Below, in pieces: positions 25,369 through 38,619 of a stretch of DNA of 64,000 nucleotides (position 1 is its first letter; each line of letters begins with the position of its first letter). The stretch is from assembly GCA_002269645.1 (NCBI GenBank), contig NIVC01003752.1:1-64000 (forward strand), given 5' to 3'. The DNA comes from Macrostomum lignano (lineage: Eukaryota). The notes beneath the pieces are model-generated. The model had not been told where the DNA came from and ran no database searches. It was given only the letters and a program-made list of their open reading frames with translations. Both the position numbers and the translations under genes were made by a program.

Positions 25369-28300
25369 TGTATGAACTGCACCTGTGCTCAATTCTGTGG
25401 CTACGACTGTCACGCCCACTAAATCGTGTCTCATTTGTTTAAAATAAATTTCTGTGTGCAGAAATGTTTGTTTTCCCTAGACTGCATTACAGAATTGTTC
25501 TTTTGAGACAAAAAACTCTGGTATAAGTATTTTTTTGTGTCAGAATTAAAGTTCAAAGTCATCAAGCTACAACCGTCACACTCATGGAATTGCCCTTGAG
25601 GTGACTCTGTTCAAAAAAGGACCCCTTTCGGATGGACACCTGCGCATGGCAGTTGGTGCAAGCCCAAGCGTAGCCATCAGTAAAGCGGTCACCTTGACGG
25701 AGCTGCAGCCGAAGTTGAGTGGCCGGACAATTGGCACACACTTGCTGGTTGGCAATTAGATGGTATTTGGCTATCTAATTCATGGTATCCCTTGTTGCTG
25801 CCATAATCACAGCCAGTTCCCGCATTGTCAAGGTGATGTCACACAAAGCTGCAGCTGGTTGCACTTGTGCTACTGGTACAATAAAAGTGGGTGCCGCTGG
25901 TCATCCTGCCATAGTGTATTAGTCTTATAGTGTGTTTGCCTACTTTTGCCTACCAACCTTTGCCTACCAACACTACAGCTTTACGGTACATTAGATATAT
26001 AATATTAACAAAGCTGCTACTTTCTCAGCTAGGAAAGGGCTGGGTACACTGGAGAGCTCGAAAATAATCATCTCAGAGCAAGATAGTTCAGAAATAATTG
26101 AAAAAATAATTTAACAAACGAAACTTGAAGATTGCCTAATGTATCTCAATATACTACCCTCTTAGGCTCTTACTGACAAATTTCTAATATAAACTGCAAA
26201 AAATTCTATACAAAGCATCGAACAAATAAAACTCTAATGCCAAATAAAACTTAAAAAGGATGTTGGTATTGAACTATCAAAAAATGCAAGAAATGCTTAT
26301 TAAAAAACAATCAATAATATTTACAAAAACAAAAAATCTGTAGCCTATCTATAGCAACAGTAAACTTAGCTAATTAGAGCTGTTTGCAAGCATCTAGAAT
26401 TTTTATTATATCCCCCAGATTGAGATAGGGTTACACAAGCTAAATAGAGTAATTATCTCTGCTAGTAAGGCACAGACAGTGAGTTTTCTTATCAGTTGGC
26501 TCTGGTGCAATCATTAAAATTGGCTATAAAGTCTCTTGCTATATACAGGTTAATAAGAAATACATCATTAAGAAAGCCCATTTAAAGTAGTTTTTAAATA
26601 TTTAATCCTTTTAGCAATGAGCTAAAGCCTAATAAAAATATATACTGTCATAGGCACATTTGACATCTTCAAATATTAGAGGCGACAATCATTACTAAAG
26701 AAGGTCTTTTTTGAAGTGTGTTGTCGAGTTTTATTCGCCGTTATAGGCAACTTAGAGAATTCAATAGAGGGCGTATAGTAAGAAAAGCTAGTGAGGTGGG
26801 GCGGAGAAAAGAAAAAAATACTTCTTGGGGGTGTTTGGCCGGTTTCTTGTAATATATCTGCGGATCTAATTTAAAAGTAAACAATTTCATATTTACTTTA
26901 TATCTGCTGTATGTGTTATAATATCTCTGTTGTATTTATCTTTTACTGTACTCTTTACTGTATGTACTAATATAATTTTGCGTAATTGTTTTATAATGTA
27001 GTTTGTTTTATTGCTCAATAATAACTTATATATAATAAATTGTCACATCGCTCGTAAGAGTTCGCTGCTCTAATTAGGCACTTTAGACTGAGAATTCAAG
27101 TGTTAGCTTCGGCCATTCATTTCGGGCACCTTTCGTTACATTCTAGAACTTTGAATTCCTGCCTTCGTTAGCTCGGCACTCGTAAAGCCGGAAAGTTGCA
27201 CGGATTTGTTCAAGTCGCTTTTCTCCTTTGGTACTCCGTCTGCCGGGTCCTCAATTCCGGGGGAGGGTAGTCGTAATCGCAGTCGAGCGGTCTTGAGCAG
27301 GCACGGTCGTTCATATTGTAGACACAGAGGTCTTGACACTGTAAATTTCACTGTTCGCCGATTTGCTTAACTTGCATGATTACTATCAGTAAGAGTAGCG
27401 CTGCCACCACCGTAATGATCGTATTACGGAACGTTGAGATCTCAGAGCTCGTTCGGAGTTGAGTTAAATTCGGTTGTTTTACGCCCCATCGGCAAATAAC
27501 TCAAGAAAAACTATTAAGGGCTTCGATTATTTAATGAAAATAGTTATTAAGCTGGGATTTATTATTAATTGTTATTTTCAGCCGACAAAATTATATTAAT
27601 GTTGCTAGCGATCGAGATTACCACGGCGGTGCCGGGTGCGGAATAATATATTGAGCAACTGGTTAAACTATTAAGACTGCAAGCAAATCAATTAATTTAA
27701 AACTGTGACGCACGAAACGTATTAGGACGAACACGAAGGGACAAACACGGATCACTGAACCAATTAAACAAAGAAAGGGGGGGGAAGGTCTGGCTTTGGT
27801 GCGACACAAACTGGCCGTATAAATATAAAAAATAGAACAATCCTGCGACAGATGGGGCAGCGAATGGGACAGGAATGGGCAAGGAGATGGGGTAAAGGAT
27901 GGGGCATAGGATGGGGCAGCGGACGGAACTACAGAAAACGCACGGGAACACAAAAACAAAAATTATTAACGCCAAACGATGGGGCAAGGGATGGGGCGAC
28001 CATAGAGGCTTCTCTGGGGCAGCGGATGACGGGAAAGGGCCATCATCGGGTCACGTTAAATTGAGTCATTCGTCAAACAGTGGTAGTTTCGCCCTACCAC
28101 ACTAGAAAGTTAAATACGGGGAGCTCTGCGGTTGAGTTCAAATCGGTGCTGTAAATTCTAGGAGTCTAAGTCAATTTAACCAAACTAAGGGTGCGTAGGG
28201 AGTTCCTTCGGCTCAAGGGGGTAGCTGTGTCATAGCTGACTGATTGAATTAAGATGATGCCGTAGAATGCTTTTAGAATGCCGGACAGACAGGGTTTCAT

Positions 28301-28579
28301 ATGAGCCGATACGGAGACTAAGTCTAAAAATGAACGAATATATATTCACTGCCACCAAACGCGGTAATACACGAAGAAACACCCTAAGACTTGATTAGCT
28401 AGAATAAGTCTGAGAACTCTCCTTGATTCAAATAAATCGCTGAGGATCAGATGGGTGCAGTGCAGTAATCCGAGGTCGATCGCAACGTCTTGCAGGAAAA
28501 GAGTCCATGAGAATTGCCCGCAATTAACGATCGGATTTCCCGCCGAGCTTTTCCCGCCGAGATTTGCCCGCAGTGCATT

Positions 28580-29935
28580 TTGCCCGTGAGTGAACTGTCC
28601 GTGAACGAGTTTTTTCCCGCCGAGGTTTGCCTGAAATGCTTTTTCCTGCAGCGCATTTAGCCACGCTGCAGATTTTGTCTGCATGCACCCAATGCTTAAT
28701 AACCCCTAGTAATGATGGGTTTCGGCCTTTTCGGCCCCTTTCGGGAAGCCTTCGGGCCTCAGGTCTCAGAAATAAATCAATTAGAGTCCTGGCCCCCCAC
28801 TCCTGTCAGATGGTCAGCCCCATGGTAGCTTGATCTTGTGGCGAGCAGTCTAGGTCCTATAGCTAAGAGAGGGACAGCGAGAGACAAGCAGGGAGAATTT
28901 TGAAGGTAGAGATCAGCTAATCCGCAGATTAACTAACCCGCTGCCACCAGCCCGTGCGTCCTGGCTCACCAAACCTGCTGACGACCGGGGGGTTCGTCCT
29001 TGATGATGATGATGATGATGGGGGAGTCGCGATCCGGGGATCAAGAGACGACGGTCGAGCTCCGGGAGGTCTAAGTTAGGCCAAAGTCCCAGGAGGCGGA
29101 GCAGGAGGTTGAGTCCGAGCGGGCCAAAAACACTGGTTTTAAATAGCCGCCAACTGGACCGCAATTTGTTATAATGGAACATCTCGAACAGCCGATTTGT
29201 TATAACGCACGTCGAATTTTTTGATTGGCTGAGCTTGTTGCCACCCAAACTCGCGTGACCAGAAGATCCTATCAGTTCCCTCGGGGCCATAGAAATACGA
29301 CAGGTGCGGTCATAAATCACTCAAAATAGCGACATAATGATTTATGACCTTTCGCGTAGGAATGACAAAAATTAATGAAAAAAATATACATTGGAAAGCT
29401 CTTGTTAAGTAGAAAGTGAAGATAATGAAGAGAAATCGCTAATCGTTAATCTCAACGTACTTTTAGGGGTAAAACGCATAGCTTTCAAAGCTGTCACACG
29501 CTTGAGTAAACAAAAACAGTAAGCCCTGACCTCATAAATCTTGATGGCCTGTCAAAATGATGAGAAAAAAAGCTACCGCCCGCATCCTCTCAGATCATCT
29601 GGCGCCAGTCTCAGCATTGAGTGAGGCGCAGGTGGCTGTCAGACCAGCTCGAAAGCAATGATTTATGGCCCAAAAGCCGCACCTATGTTATTATAAATAC
29701 AAGTATGGCAAAAATCATATAACTAGTATGGATTCTTGGAAAATTACATACAGAGAAGAAAAAACGCCCATAGCCTGTTGTTAGTAGGCTAGTAAGTTTG
29801 GAGCCCATGTGCGAGCGTGAAGTTTGGAAAAAAGTGCGTCCTCATCAGTAATAAGATAATAAGATTAATGTGCTGCAGGAAAAAAGCATTTCGGGCAAAC
29901 TTTGGCGAGAAAAAAACTCGACGGGCAACTCGTCG
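28580..29935. repeat. Pair of diverged inverted repeats of about 60 bp (about 28590-28660 and 29865-29935), possibly remnant TIRs
   Basis: aaatgctttttcctgcagcgcatt versus aatgtgctgcaggaaaaaagcattt. No TSD identified. Confidence 0.4.
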
Positions 29936-30799
29936 TCGAGCACCGCAGGTGGATTCCCTATTTACATATGTATTAAGATGCAGAGGGGAGGCCCCAATTG
30001 CGCGCACGCGCTCGCGATGAGGCAGTGCGGGCCTGGCCGCGGCGCAATTGCTCGGTCGGCCGGTGCAGCATGGCCAGGGCCAGAGGGACGGGCGCACCGC
30101 GACCCAGGGTCCATATAGGCAGTGTCCCAGCAGCATCTGACGGCGCCGGCGCAGGGTAGCGCTCAGGGGCGGAGTTCCAGCGCGGAGCCATCAGAGCGTT
30201 GGTCGCAGGCAATCCGGGTAGTGCACGCCCAGCGCGTAGCGCAGCAGCGATCGGTAAAGCGCATCCAAGGCTCGCTATCGTGTTTCGGTCAGCGGCACAG
30301 CCTCCATGCCGTACAGCAGGATCGGCTCGACGGCCGCGCGGAACAGGCGCACCTTCAGGTCGTCTCTGGCAGCTGAATTAAAAACGTTCCTGAGGAGGTG
30401 CGCGGCGCGCCAGGCCTGGTTCCTCCTGTCGGAGACAATCGCATCGAGGTCCATCCGAGGTAGAGGTCAGACGCGTCGCCACGGATTTTCGGATAGGGGG
30501 GACAAGATTGATTAAACGATTAGTTAAGATAAACATAGAGCATAGACATAGGGAATCACCAATTCACCATAGCTCATAAGCATAGTGCTTTTGTAATTAG
30601 TTATCATTGTCTGAATCAATAGTAATTTCAGAATAAGTCACAATATATTCATCATATAAGCTAATATACGAGCAGAATTTCAGTTAGGCGAAAAACAATC
30701 CTTAGTTTAGTCAAACTAGAGCAGACCAAAAATAGCTCGTCTACGATCATTAAGACTGATGAATTCGCGGCAGATCTGCGTCAAGTTGAGGGCGTCTGT

Positions 30800-33479
30800 G
30801 TCTTCTTGGTGTACGTGGAGCAGCGCGCAATGATTAAGAAGCTCCTGTGTCATTGTTGATCAAAGCCATGTCTTCAATCTGCGAAGCATTGAGAAACTTC
30901 TTTCCGCAGATGCTACGGATGTTGGCAGAACAAGTAGAAGATGCAGTAGCCGTTCAAATTCTTAAAACAGAGCCTTCATTTCTGTCGAAATTTTCACGAA
31001 CTCAAATGCTGCCATCTCCACTGACGTAGCTGTGTTTAGTGACGATATGCCACTTAACATCCGAATCTGCAATTCTAGCCGTTCGAGATTTAACTCTGGA
31101 TAGTTAGAAAGCACAGTCTGGCATTCTTCTTGACGAAACGCTGACAAAGCATTCCGATCAGATGTCAGAGAGCTGAGTACTGGTCCTTCTAGTACTGATA
31201 GCTGGTGAAAGCTCCGCTGTTCAAAGCGCCTGCTCAATTCAGAAAGAGCCGAGTCGATAAATGAGAAAAAAGTTTGTTGGTAAAATTCCTCTGGAGAGAC
31301 TTGGTTTGACTGCGTGAATACAGAGACGTTGGCGTACTCCTGCTCAAACATTAATCTCCTGATAGGTCGACGAGAGTGCGAGGAGCTGCGGGCTGAACCA
31401 GTTCGAATTCATGGCATTTAGCCTGTACTACTTCCCAGAGACGCTGAAAAGTTGCCTCTGTCCGCATTGACTCCAGCTGAGACTTCACATGATTTACTGC
31501 ACGTAGAGTGCCAGTTACAGTCTCTGATGCTTTTTGAATTGAAGTGCTGAGCATGTCTAGGGGACCTAGAACTTTCAGACTCATGAGCATGCCCAAGTAA
31601 ATTCCGCCTTTTTCGAGTTGATCGTGGAGACCTTTAGCTGTTGTTGCTGCCTGAACCGAAAAGCTGTTTGCAATCTGAGAAAGTGCAGCAAGAATGACAG
31701 GATATTTTAGTAATAGTCTATTCAGTGCAGCTGCTCTGACAGTCCATCTAGTAGGGCAAATTGTCCTCAACTTCGATGAATTCTGGTTTGAATTTGAGCA
31801 AATAGCCGTGAACTCGTACTCAGTGAGCATTTCGGCAAAAACGCTGCTTCTGACGCGAGAGTCCCGGAAGAAAAGCGCACATTGATGAGCATATTCAAGG
31901 CAGTCTCGAATCAGTGGGATTTCCTTGCAACATTCCTGAGCTGCAAGATTGATGCAGTGATTGCTGCAATGGACGTAGACAGCTCGAGGATTCGACTGAA
32001 GCAGACGAGCTTGTACGCCAGTGTATGCTCCACGCATGTTTGCCGCACCATCGTAGCATTGACCACGCAGATTGTCAAGGGACAAATTACAGCGAGTCAA
32101 AACATCCTTGATCACGTTTTCGATAACCTCAGCTGTCGAGGAGGGACAGTCGAACAAACCGAGGAATTTTTCCTCAGGAATGAGGCTTCTGCCTACATAC
32201 CGGATGCAAATTGACAGCTGATCTTTTTAGCTGCTGTCTGTCGTACCATCGACAATGAGAGAAAAGTACTTAAAAGTCGATTCCCTTGCATTGGCCAGGA
32301 TGTTACGGAGAACGTCTTTTGCCATTAAACTAAGCATTTCATTTTGTATCTCTGCATGAGTAAACGATGCTTTTGGGCGGTTCAACCAATTTTTTAACTG
32401 ACGACAAGATTCAGACAGCAAATTCAGTAGTTGAAGATAGTTCGACTCTTCAGGCGTGTGCCCACGAATTGCTAGTCCCTGCCTGGCCAAGAAACGAAGA
32501 GCAGAGAACAATTGAGAAAGTGCTTCCTGAGCTTCTTTCTGATCCTTAAGCTTTGCTGTCTCCAATAGGCTTACTATTGATTGCTGTTGCTGAGTTTGCG
32601 CCAGCAATGCGTTAACTCTTGAAGCAGATTCAACATGGCCCTGACTGCTTTCATGAGCCTGAAACTTCTCCTTTGCTTTTTTCCAGTTGCTGAAACCGTC
32701 CATAGTAAAAGCAGATTCGGTGCCTTTAGCATAGATCTTCAAACCCATTAGTTCAGCCTTGGCACAAAAGAAGCATACAACTTTTTGAAGACTGGTTGAC
32801 CAATGTATCCAAGGAAAGTTTTGAAACCAGCCTACCTGAAAGTAGTATTTCCGTCCACGCTCTTCTTGAACAGGAAATTTATACTGAGTAGTGTCTGGTT
32901 GGAAAGGTTTCAACAGATCTTCAACCGTTTCATTGTTCGATTGCTTCCAACGTTTTGCTTCTGGTTCTTTCAACTCCAGCAATTTTCTCTGTTCGATTCG
33001 CTGGCCGCCCGATTCATAACAGCTCCACCACATACCGTCGCAGCAGCAGCTCCTTCGCTCACCGTCGCAGCAGCAGCTCCTTCGCTCACCGTCGCAGCAG
33101 CAGCTCCTTCGCTCACCGTCGCAGCAGCAGCTCCTTCGCTCACCGTCGCAGCAGCAGCTCCTTCGCTCACCGTCGCAGCAGCAGCTCCTTCGCTCACCGT
33201 CGCAGCAGCAGCTCCTTCGCTCACCGTCGCAGCAGCAGCTCCTTCGCTCACCGTCGGAGAAGCAGCTCCTTCGCTGTGTTCTTTCCTTGGACCTTGTTTA
33301 ATACTGCCGGTCCTAAATAAAAAGAAAAACAATGAAATTTTAAAAGTAAGCAGTGCCCATGTGCCCTTGAATAAAAAAATCGCTGGTATTGAAATCTTCA
33401 ACGCTAAACTTACGAAAGAAACTGCCAATTGCTTCTTCATCTGATTTCCAGGACCAGACGATCTTACTTTGTTCTTCAT
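30800..33479 (-). pseudogene. hAT transposase, disrupted
   Basis: TTF-type zinc finger (W...FPW...CFFC...GFSNWKKA...HE.S.GH), FSLIVDGTTD, RGQCYDGAANM, YVHCSNHCINL, and dimerisation domain LPTSVASAERSFSMLRRLKTWL*STM. Several frameshifts, plus an in-frame TGA at 30860-30862 where R is expected. Confidence 0.88.
33034..33272. repeat. 27 bp in-frame minisatellite within the transposase ORF (SEGAAAATV, about 8 copies)
   Basis: Direct tandem repeat with length a multiple of 3. Confidence 0.93.
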
Positions 33480-34367
33480 TGTTGATCTTTAGTTGTCAAG
33501 CCACATTTAAGCACAGTCGAATAATGGTTTACAAGGAGAATTAGCTACTTTTGTTGATTTTTTTTACTTTTTGTTGACTAAACCTTATTTTAAGTCAGTA
33601 TAGTAATTTTCTTCCTAATTTCTTTCTTCTTCGATTAGTATTAGTTGAAATTTCAGCAAAGCAAAGCAAGGCAGGCCTATATAATCGTGTAGCAAACGAG
33701 ATTATCTCCCTTCTTTTTAGGGTGCGATATCTTTTTATAGAGGGGCTTGGCCAGAGCTTTGGCGGGGCCCGTGGGGGGGGGGTTGGCCTGTCTGCCCCTC
33801 CTGCCCCTTCTCGCCCGCTGTACAGTGCTGCAATTCAATGTACATTACTAATATCCAGTCCGCGTCTTAAATATCACATCTTGGGCTTGGTTAGTGCCCA
33901 GCCTATCAACACACAGCAAATAAAACTGCGTGAGAGCCCTTATTGGCTGACTGGCAAGGCGCGCCGTTTTCACCAACCTACTAACATAACAACAAAAAGT
34001 GCAGTTACTTACTGCAGTGCTCTGGTAGGAAAGACTGGTAAAGGTTGACGACTGAAAAAACGTAAAATAACACTTCTTCACTTCCCCTATTACTTATTCA
34101 GTGGAAGCTTGTTGTGACATAGTGGGGGGGACAGAAAATAGGCTTGTCCCCCTCAACCATTTCGGTGGGGGGGACATGTCCCCCCTGTCCCCCCCCGGTG
34201 GCGACGCGCCTGGTAGAGGTCCATCACCTCGCTCACCAGCGCAGCAGGTACTCCATAATACGATAAAAGCCACGCGATCGCAGGCCTAGACACCGAGTCA
34301 AACGCCCTGCGAAAATCGACGAAGATGATTGACACGGAGCGCTATTTACATCTATATACATATGAAA

Positions 34368-34848
<481 letters not shown>

Positions 34849-35134
34849 CTAGACTCTTATATGTACACATTTTTGCACACATGTACATAGAATGCAGGCC
34901 TGGAAATTCCTAATATACGCATGTTTGGAAGAGACTCCTTGAGGCTGTACGCTACAGTTTAGATTCGAGGTAGAGAATGAGGCCTGACAATTCTCAGCAA
35001 TTCGACAAGCAAGGTAAGTGAGGAATCGCAGTCCTGATTGGTTTTGATGACCAAGGGGAAGCATTTTAAATAAACACGCAAGGCAAAATTTACAAAATTT
35101 CCGGCTCATCATTCGCGTCCGCATTAAAGCACTC

Positions 35135-36337
35135 ATGGACCAAGCGACGACTCCGTCATCGGTAACCAGCGGCAGCTTTGGCCTTGACCGCTTTTTCCAC
35201 AGACTGATGCTTTGCTTGCTAGGCCTTACCGGACTGGTCTCAATTGCTGGGAACAGTCTGCTGATGAAGGCCATTCTGGCTACTCGCAGAGAGCGCCGTA
35301 GTCAAATCGCTTCGTTGCTAATGAATTTTTGCGGCTGCGACTTAGCCATTGGTGCCCTGGTAGTTCCGATCACAGCCTACCCGTTTATTCAGTTCAACTG
35401 GAGTCTTGGCGAGCCAGCCTGCATGTTTGCCTGCTTTGGCAGCGTCTGGCTGATGTTCGCCTCTGTCTTTACCTTGACGGCCATCAGTATGCGACGATGC
35501 CATGGCGTCGTGCGTGTAGCTCGAGGCGATGCAGCGGATGCTCAAGAGTCCGGCTTGCGAAGCTTGGCGCTCATCTGGATCCTGGCCGCTCTCTCAGCCC
35601 TGCCCAATGCCGTCAACTACCGCCTGGTGCCTTGCCAGGGCCTTGAAGCCAACGATTCAAATCTTAACGATAGTATCATCTTTTGCTGCGAGGACAGCTG
35701 GAAACGCAGCCTGGAGTTGCTTGGTTTCGGCAACAACCCTCGTCCGGAAGTTGAGCTGGCAGCTCGAACTATTTATTCAATCTTTATCGTACTCGCAATG
35801 CTGCTGACACCGTTGAGCATCATTACAACAGCTTACCGACGCATCTGTCGTCAAGTGTCCAGTATTGGCCAGAATCTGCGCGCGCTTGATCAACCAAGGT
35901 GTCGCAACAATCGTCTTAGACAAGATCGGATCGCCCGGTCAAGACGAATTTTTCGACTGTCCGTTGTGCTGACCGGCCTGTTTGCTGTCTGCTGGGCGCC
36001 GGCTCATCTTTGGAATTTTGCAGCCGATCTCTGCCTCCTGGTGATGGTTCTTGGACCTGACCAGCAGCTGCTGCTGCAGCAGCAGTGGCACCTATCGTTT
36101 GCCAAGGACGTTTATCTTGTGATCATGTGGCTAGCTCTGACCAATTCAGCTATTAATCCAGCTTTCCTATTCACCACCGACTCTACATATCGAGCTTGGC
36201 TACTGCGTCAGTTTCGTCGTAACCGCCGTAACCATGGTAACAATGACAGGCACGTCGTTAGTTTCAGCCTGGACCGGGACGCAGCTGGGACGCCAATACG
36301 GCTGCAAGTACTGCGGCGGGCCACAGTGGTAGAATAG
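35135..36337 (+). CDS. Intronless rhodopsin-class (class A) GPCR, peptide-receptor-like, 400 aa
   Basis: Seven hydrophobic segments with GN (TM1), CDLAIG..VVP (TM2), WSLG..AC (ECL1/TM3), W..A..S.LP (TM4), CWAP (TM6) and NSAINP (TM7). Confidence 0.9.
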   Translation: MDQATTPSSVTSGSFGLDRFFHRLMLCLLGLTGLVSIAGNSLLMKAILATRRERRSQIASLLMNFCGCDLAIGALVVPITAYPFIQFNWSLGEPACMFACFGSVWLMFASVFTLTAISMRRCHGVVRVARGDAADAQESGLRSLALIWILAALSALPNAVNYRLVPCQGLEANDSNLNDSIIFCCEDSWKRSLELLGFGNNPRPEVELAARTIYSIFIVLAMLLTPLSIITTAYRRICRQVSSIGQNLRALDQPRCRNNRLRQDRIARSRRIFRLSVVLTGLFAVCWAPAHLWNFAADLCLLVMVLGPDQQLLLQQQWHLSFAKDVYLVIMWLALTNSAINPAFLFTTDSTYRAWLLRQFRRNRRNHGNNDRHVVSFSLDRDAAGTPIRLQVLRRATVVE

Positions 36338-38619
36338 TTGGATTGTTTGAACTTTGGTAAAATACAATGACCATATCATCAATTGTGTTCACCCGACGAA
36401 CCCGAGAAACAAACACAAAGACAAATCAATAATGAAATTCTTGCAAAATTATGTACGTACTTTTGAGTGCATATAACTTTTTCTGTCCCATTATGCGAGC
36501 GCAATCTAGTTTGGTTGACCTATAAAATCACAATTTTATACCCTGTTGTTGCAGTTGCTTTGTCAAATTGTCAAATAAGTTTTTTTGCGGCTTATTTACG
36601 ACGTACAGTTCTAATATGACTTTTATATATTAATCTGCCCTCAAATGAAATCCTCTTAACCATGCGTCATGTTATATATAATCAAAATTTAATATGTATA
36701 GATGTGTATTACTTATTTATATGTATAGCTAATTAAGTTTCTGGGCCAGCCTCCCAGATCCCCAGTTGTTGACGTGTAAATGCAATGTAGTGCTTGCTGT
36801 TATCACAGTGTCAGCTATGGCACCGTTCATACTGTTGCGAAACATAGTACGAGCCATAATCGCATGAGAGTGAGCTAGTATACTGATGCTACCAACTTTT
36901 TGCAAATGTTGTCACTTGAAATGTGTCGAGAAAATATTAAAAAAAACTTTTGTGTTTAGTTTGTAACACTGAAGTCGGAAGTAGTCCGTATAGTGCGTTG
37001 TGATTAATCCAAAAACACAAATATATACGCTCGTACCAACAACATGATCTCCCTCGTGTTTTTATTTTGGTAATTGTTATGTGCAAATTTAACTCAGTCT
37101 CGTGCTCGATATTAATCTTGATATTCATATTTTTTAACATTCGAGATAATACGGTGTAGTTGGCCATGTGGATAAAGAAATTAATCCCGTGCAAACGTTC
37201 TGACGTCCAAGCGAGTGCCAAAAGTACCCAACATCAATGGACGTCGCTGCCAAGTACAGCTAGTGTAGGTTTTTAACACTATATACACCGGTTGCGGTCG
37301 TTGTTTTATAGAAGCACTTACATATAGTAGCAATACTTGTAACTTTGCGAATGGATGGGGCTGTAGCTAGCAAGTAGAGGACGCATTTCAAATTGTCACC
37401 TTCTAGCATCTCCATATGGCGAATTTCGGTAAACCTGCATGAGAACAATATAATTAGCCTAAAAATTTCAAGTCACGAGCTCGCATTCACACTAAGTGAA
37501 TGACGTTTAAGCATTCACGTGACTATGATCTAGTGCAAATTTCTGCTTCGAATCTGTTAGAAATACGTGTTAACGACTGATTTTGGCAAATATACATAAA
37601 ATTTTAGTGACAGCTTGAGTCCTGAGCGCGTCAAGGTTAGTTCATGGACAATTGAAGTGGAACGCTACAGAAAGAATTTCTTAGAAATTTGACACCGGTA
37701 AGAAACGTATTTATTTGTCGTATCGCCAGGTGCATGCATTTGGTACTCGTATGCTTTTGAGTAATCGGATTATACCAATACCATAGACATTCTTCGTTCA
37801 GAGAGAGGGAAATCCTCTGACCGCTTTGAGCCTCGGGATTCTTTCTCTTTCTGCCCTCAGAGGGTCTATGGTACGCGTATAGTCCATTCCCATCCGATTT
37901 GCATGAGGCGGGCAAAAAAGTCATTTCTCTGCCTTGGAGCCAATAGTCTATGGTCGAAGTTCAAATTCATTTACAGTTAAGGTGAGAGAGGCATCTTCTT
38001 TAGGATCGTGTTGCAATATTTCTCTGCGCTGTATGTTCGACGCAAGTTACCCCGCCTCTGCTCGGCATGAAATTCATACTTGATGGCACGATATCAGCAG
38101 CTTGTTTCTGGAAGAGATGAACTTTCTATCTTTGTTATACGCTCGTACTGACAAAGACAGACTATAGTAGTCCAATGGACTGGATTCGTTCCTAGCGTTG
38201 GATGCATGCAGATACGCCTTGGATCCAGAATCGGACAACTCCCTTGAAGATCTTGCCGATCTTGTGGCTGAACTATCGGCTGAACGGGAGTAATTCAGTC
38301 TCTTCCACCCTGCCGGTCCAATCGTGTCAGAAGCTACAGCAGGAGCCGTTGACAGGCGAGTCTCAACAGCTGGTCGGGCGTTAAAACCACTGTACCTTCA
38401 ACTTCTATTGACAAGTGCCAGACCAACTCCTCAAGAATTTATAGTTGGCTGAGTTCACGTGACGCAAGAAAGTCAGAAACATGTGCCTTTTTTATACACT
38501 TAAAACAACCAATATTATTCGAGTAGCTTGGTTTGTTGTTGTTGCTGCTGTCATTAAAGTCTAACAGCCGTTGTTAAAATAAACCTATTGTAATTATGTA
38601 ATAATAAACATTTATTACA

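Larger units (their letters stand above)
23376..25595 (+). mobile_element. Sola-like non-autonomous DNA transposon nested in the Merlin, 2220 bp
   Basis: TIR GGGCAATTCCA/TGGAATTGCCC; 4-bp TSD TTGA; repeated internal GCTACGAC(C/T)GTCAC motifs. The element boundaries are seen directly; the superfamily is inferred from TSD length and ORF. Confidence 0.7.
23017..26136 (-). mobile_element. Merlin-superfamily DNA transposon, internally deleted, interrupted by a nested element
   Basis: 136-bp TIRs (23017-23152 / 26001-26136) starting GGCAATC; 8-bp TSD TAATGTAT. With the nested element removed, the minus strand reads DGYAWACTNCHAQVSIRKGSFFEQSHLKLCQLLDLIY, a Merlin/IS1016-type N-terminal region. Confidence 0.82.
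30468..34212 (-). mobile_element. hAT DNA transposon, 3745 bp (ZMYM1/THAP12-like transposase)
   Basis: 15-bp TIRs CAGACGCGTCGCCAC / GTGGCGACGCGCCTG (1 mismatch); 8-bp TSD GTAGAGGT at 30460-30467 and 34213-34220. Confidence 0.93.
29975..34340 (-). mobile_element. RTE-like non-LTR retrotransposon remnant split by the hAT (pieces about 34221-34340 and 29975-30459)
   Basis: IIFVDFRRAFDSVSR...MDLY on one side. RRNQAWRAAHLL...KVRLFRAAVEPILLYGMEAVPLT on the other. Stops and frameshifts present. Confidence 0.75.

Noticed and set aside
28800-28860. LTR retrotransposon end (tgtcaga..., tggcgagc PBS-like)
   Set aside because: No second LTR, no CA before the putative PBS, no gag/pol ORF.
29815-29850. 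Hammerhead ribozyme on the minus strand (ctgatgaggac...ccaaac)
   Set aside because: The GAAA core is missing and stems I and III were not found.
37637-38400. Coding-looking stretch on the minus strand
   Set aside because: Multiple stops in all frames and no recognisable motif.
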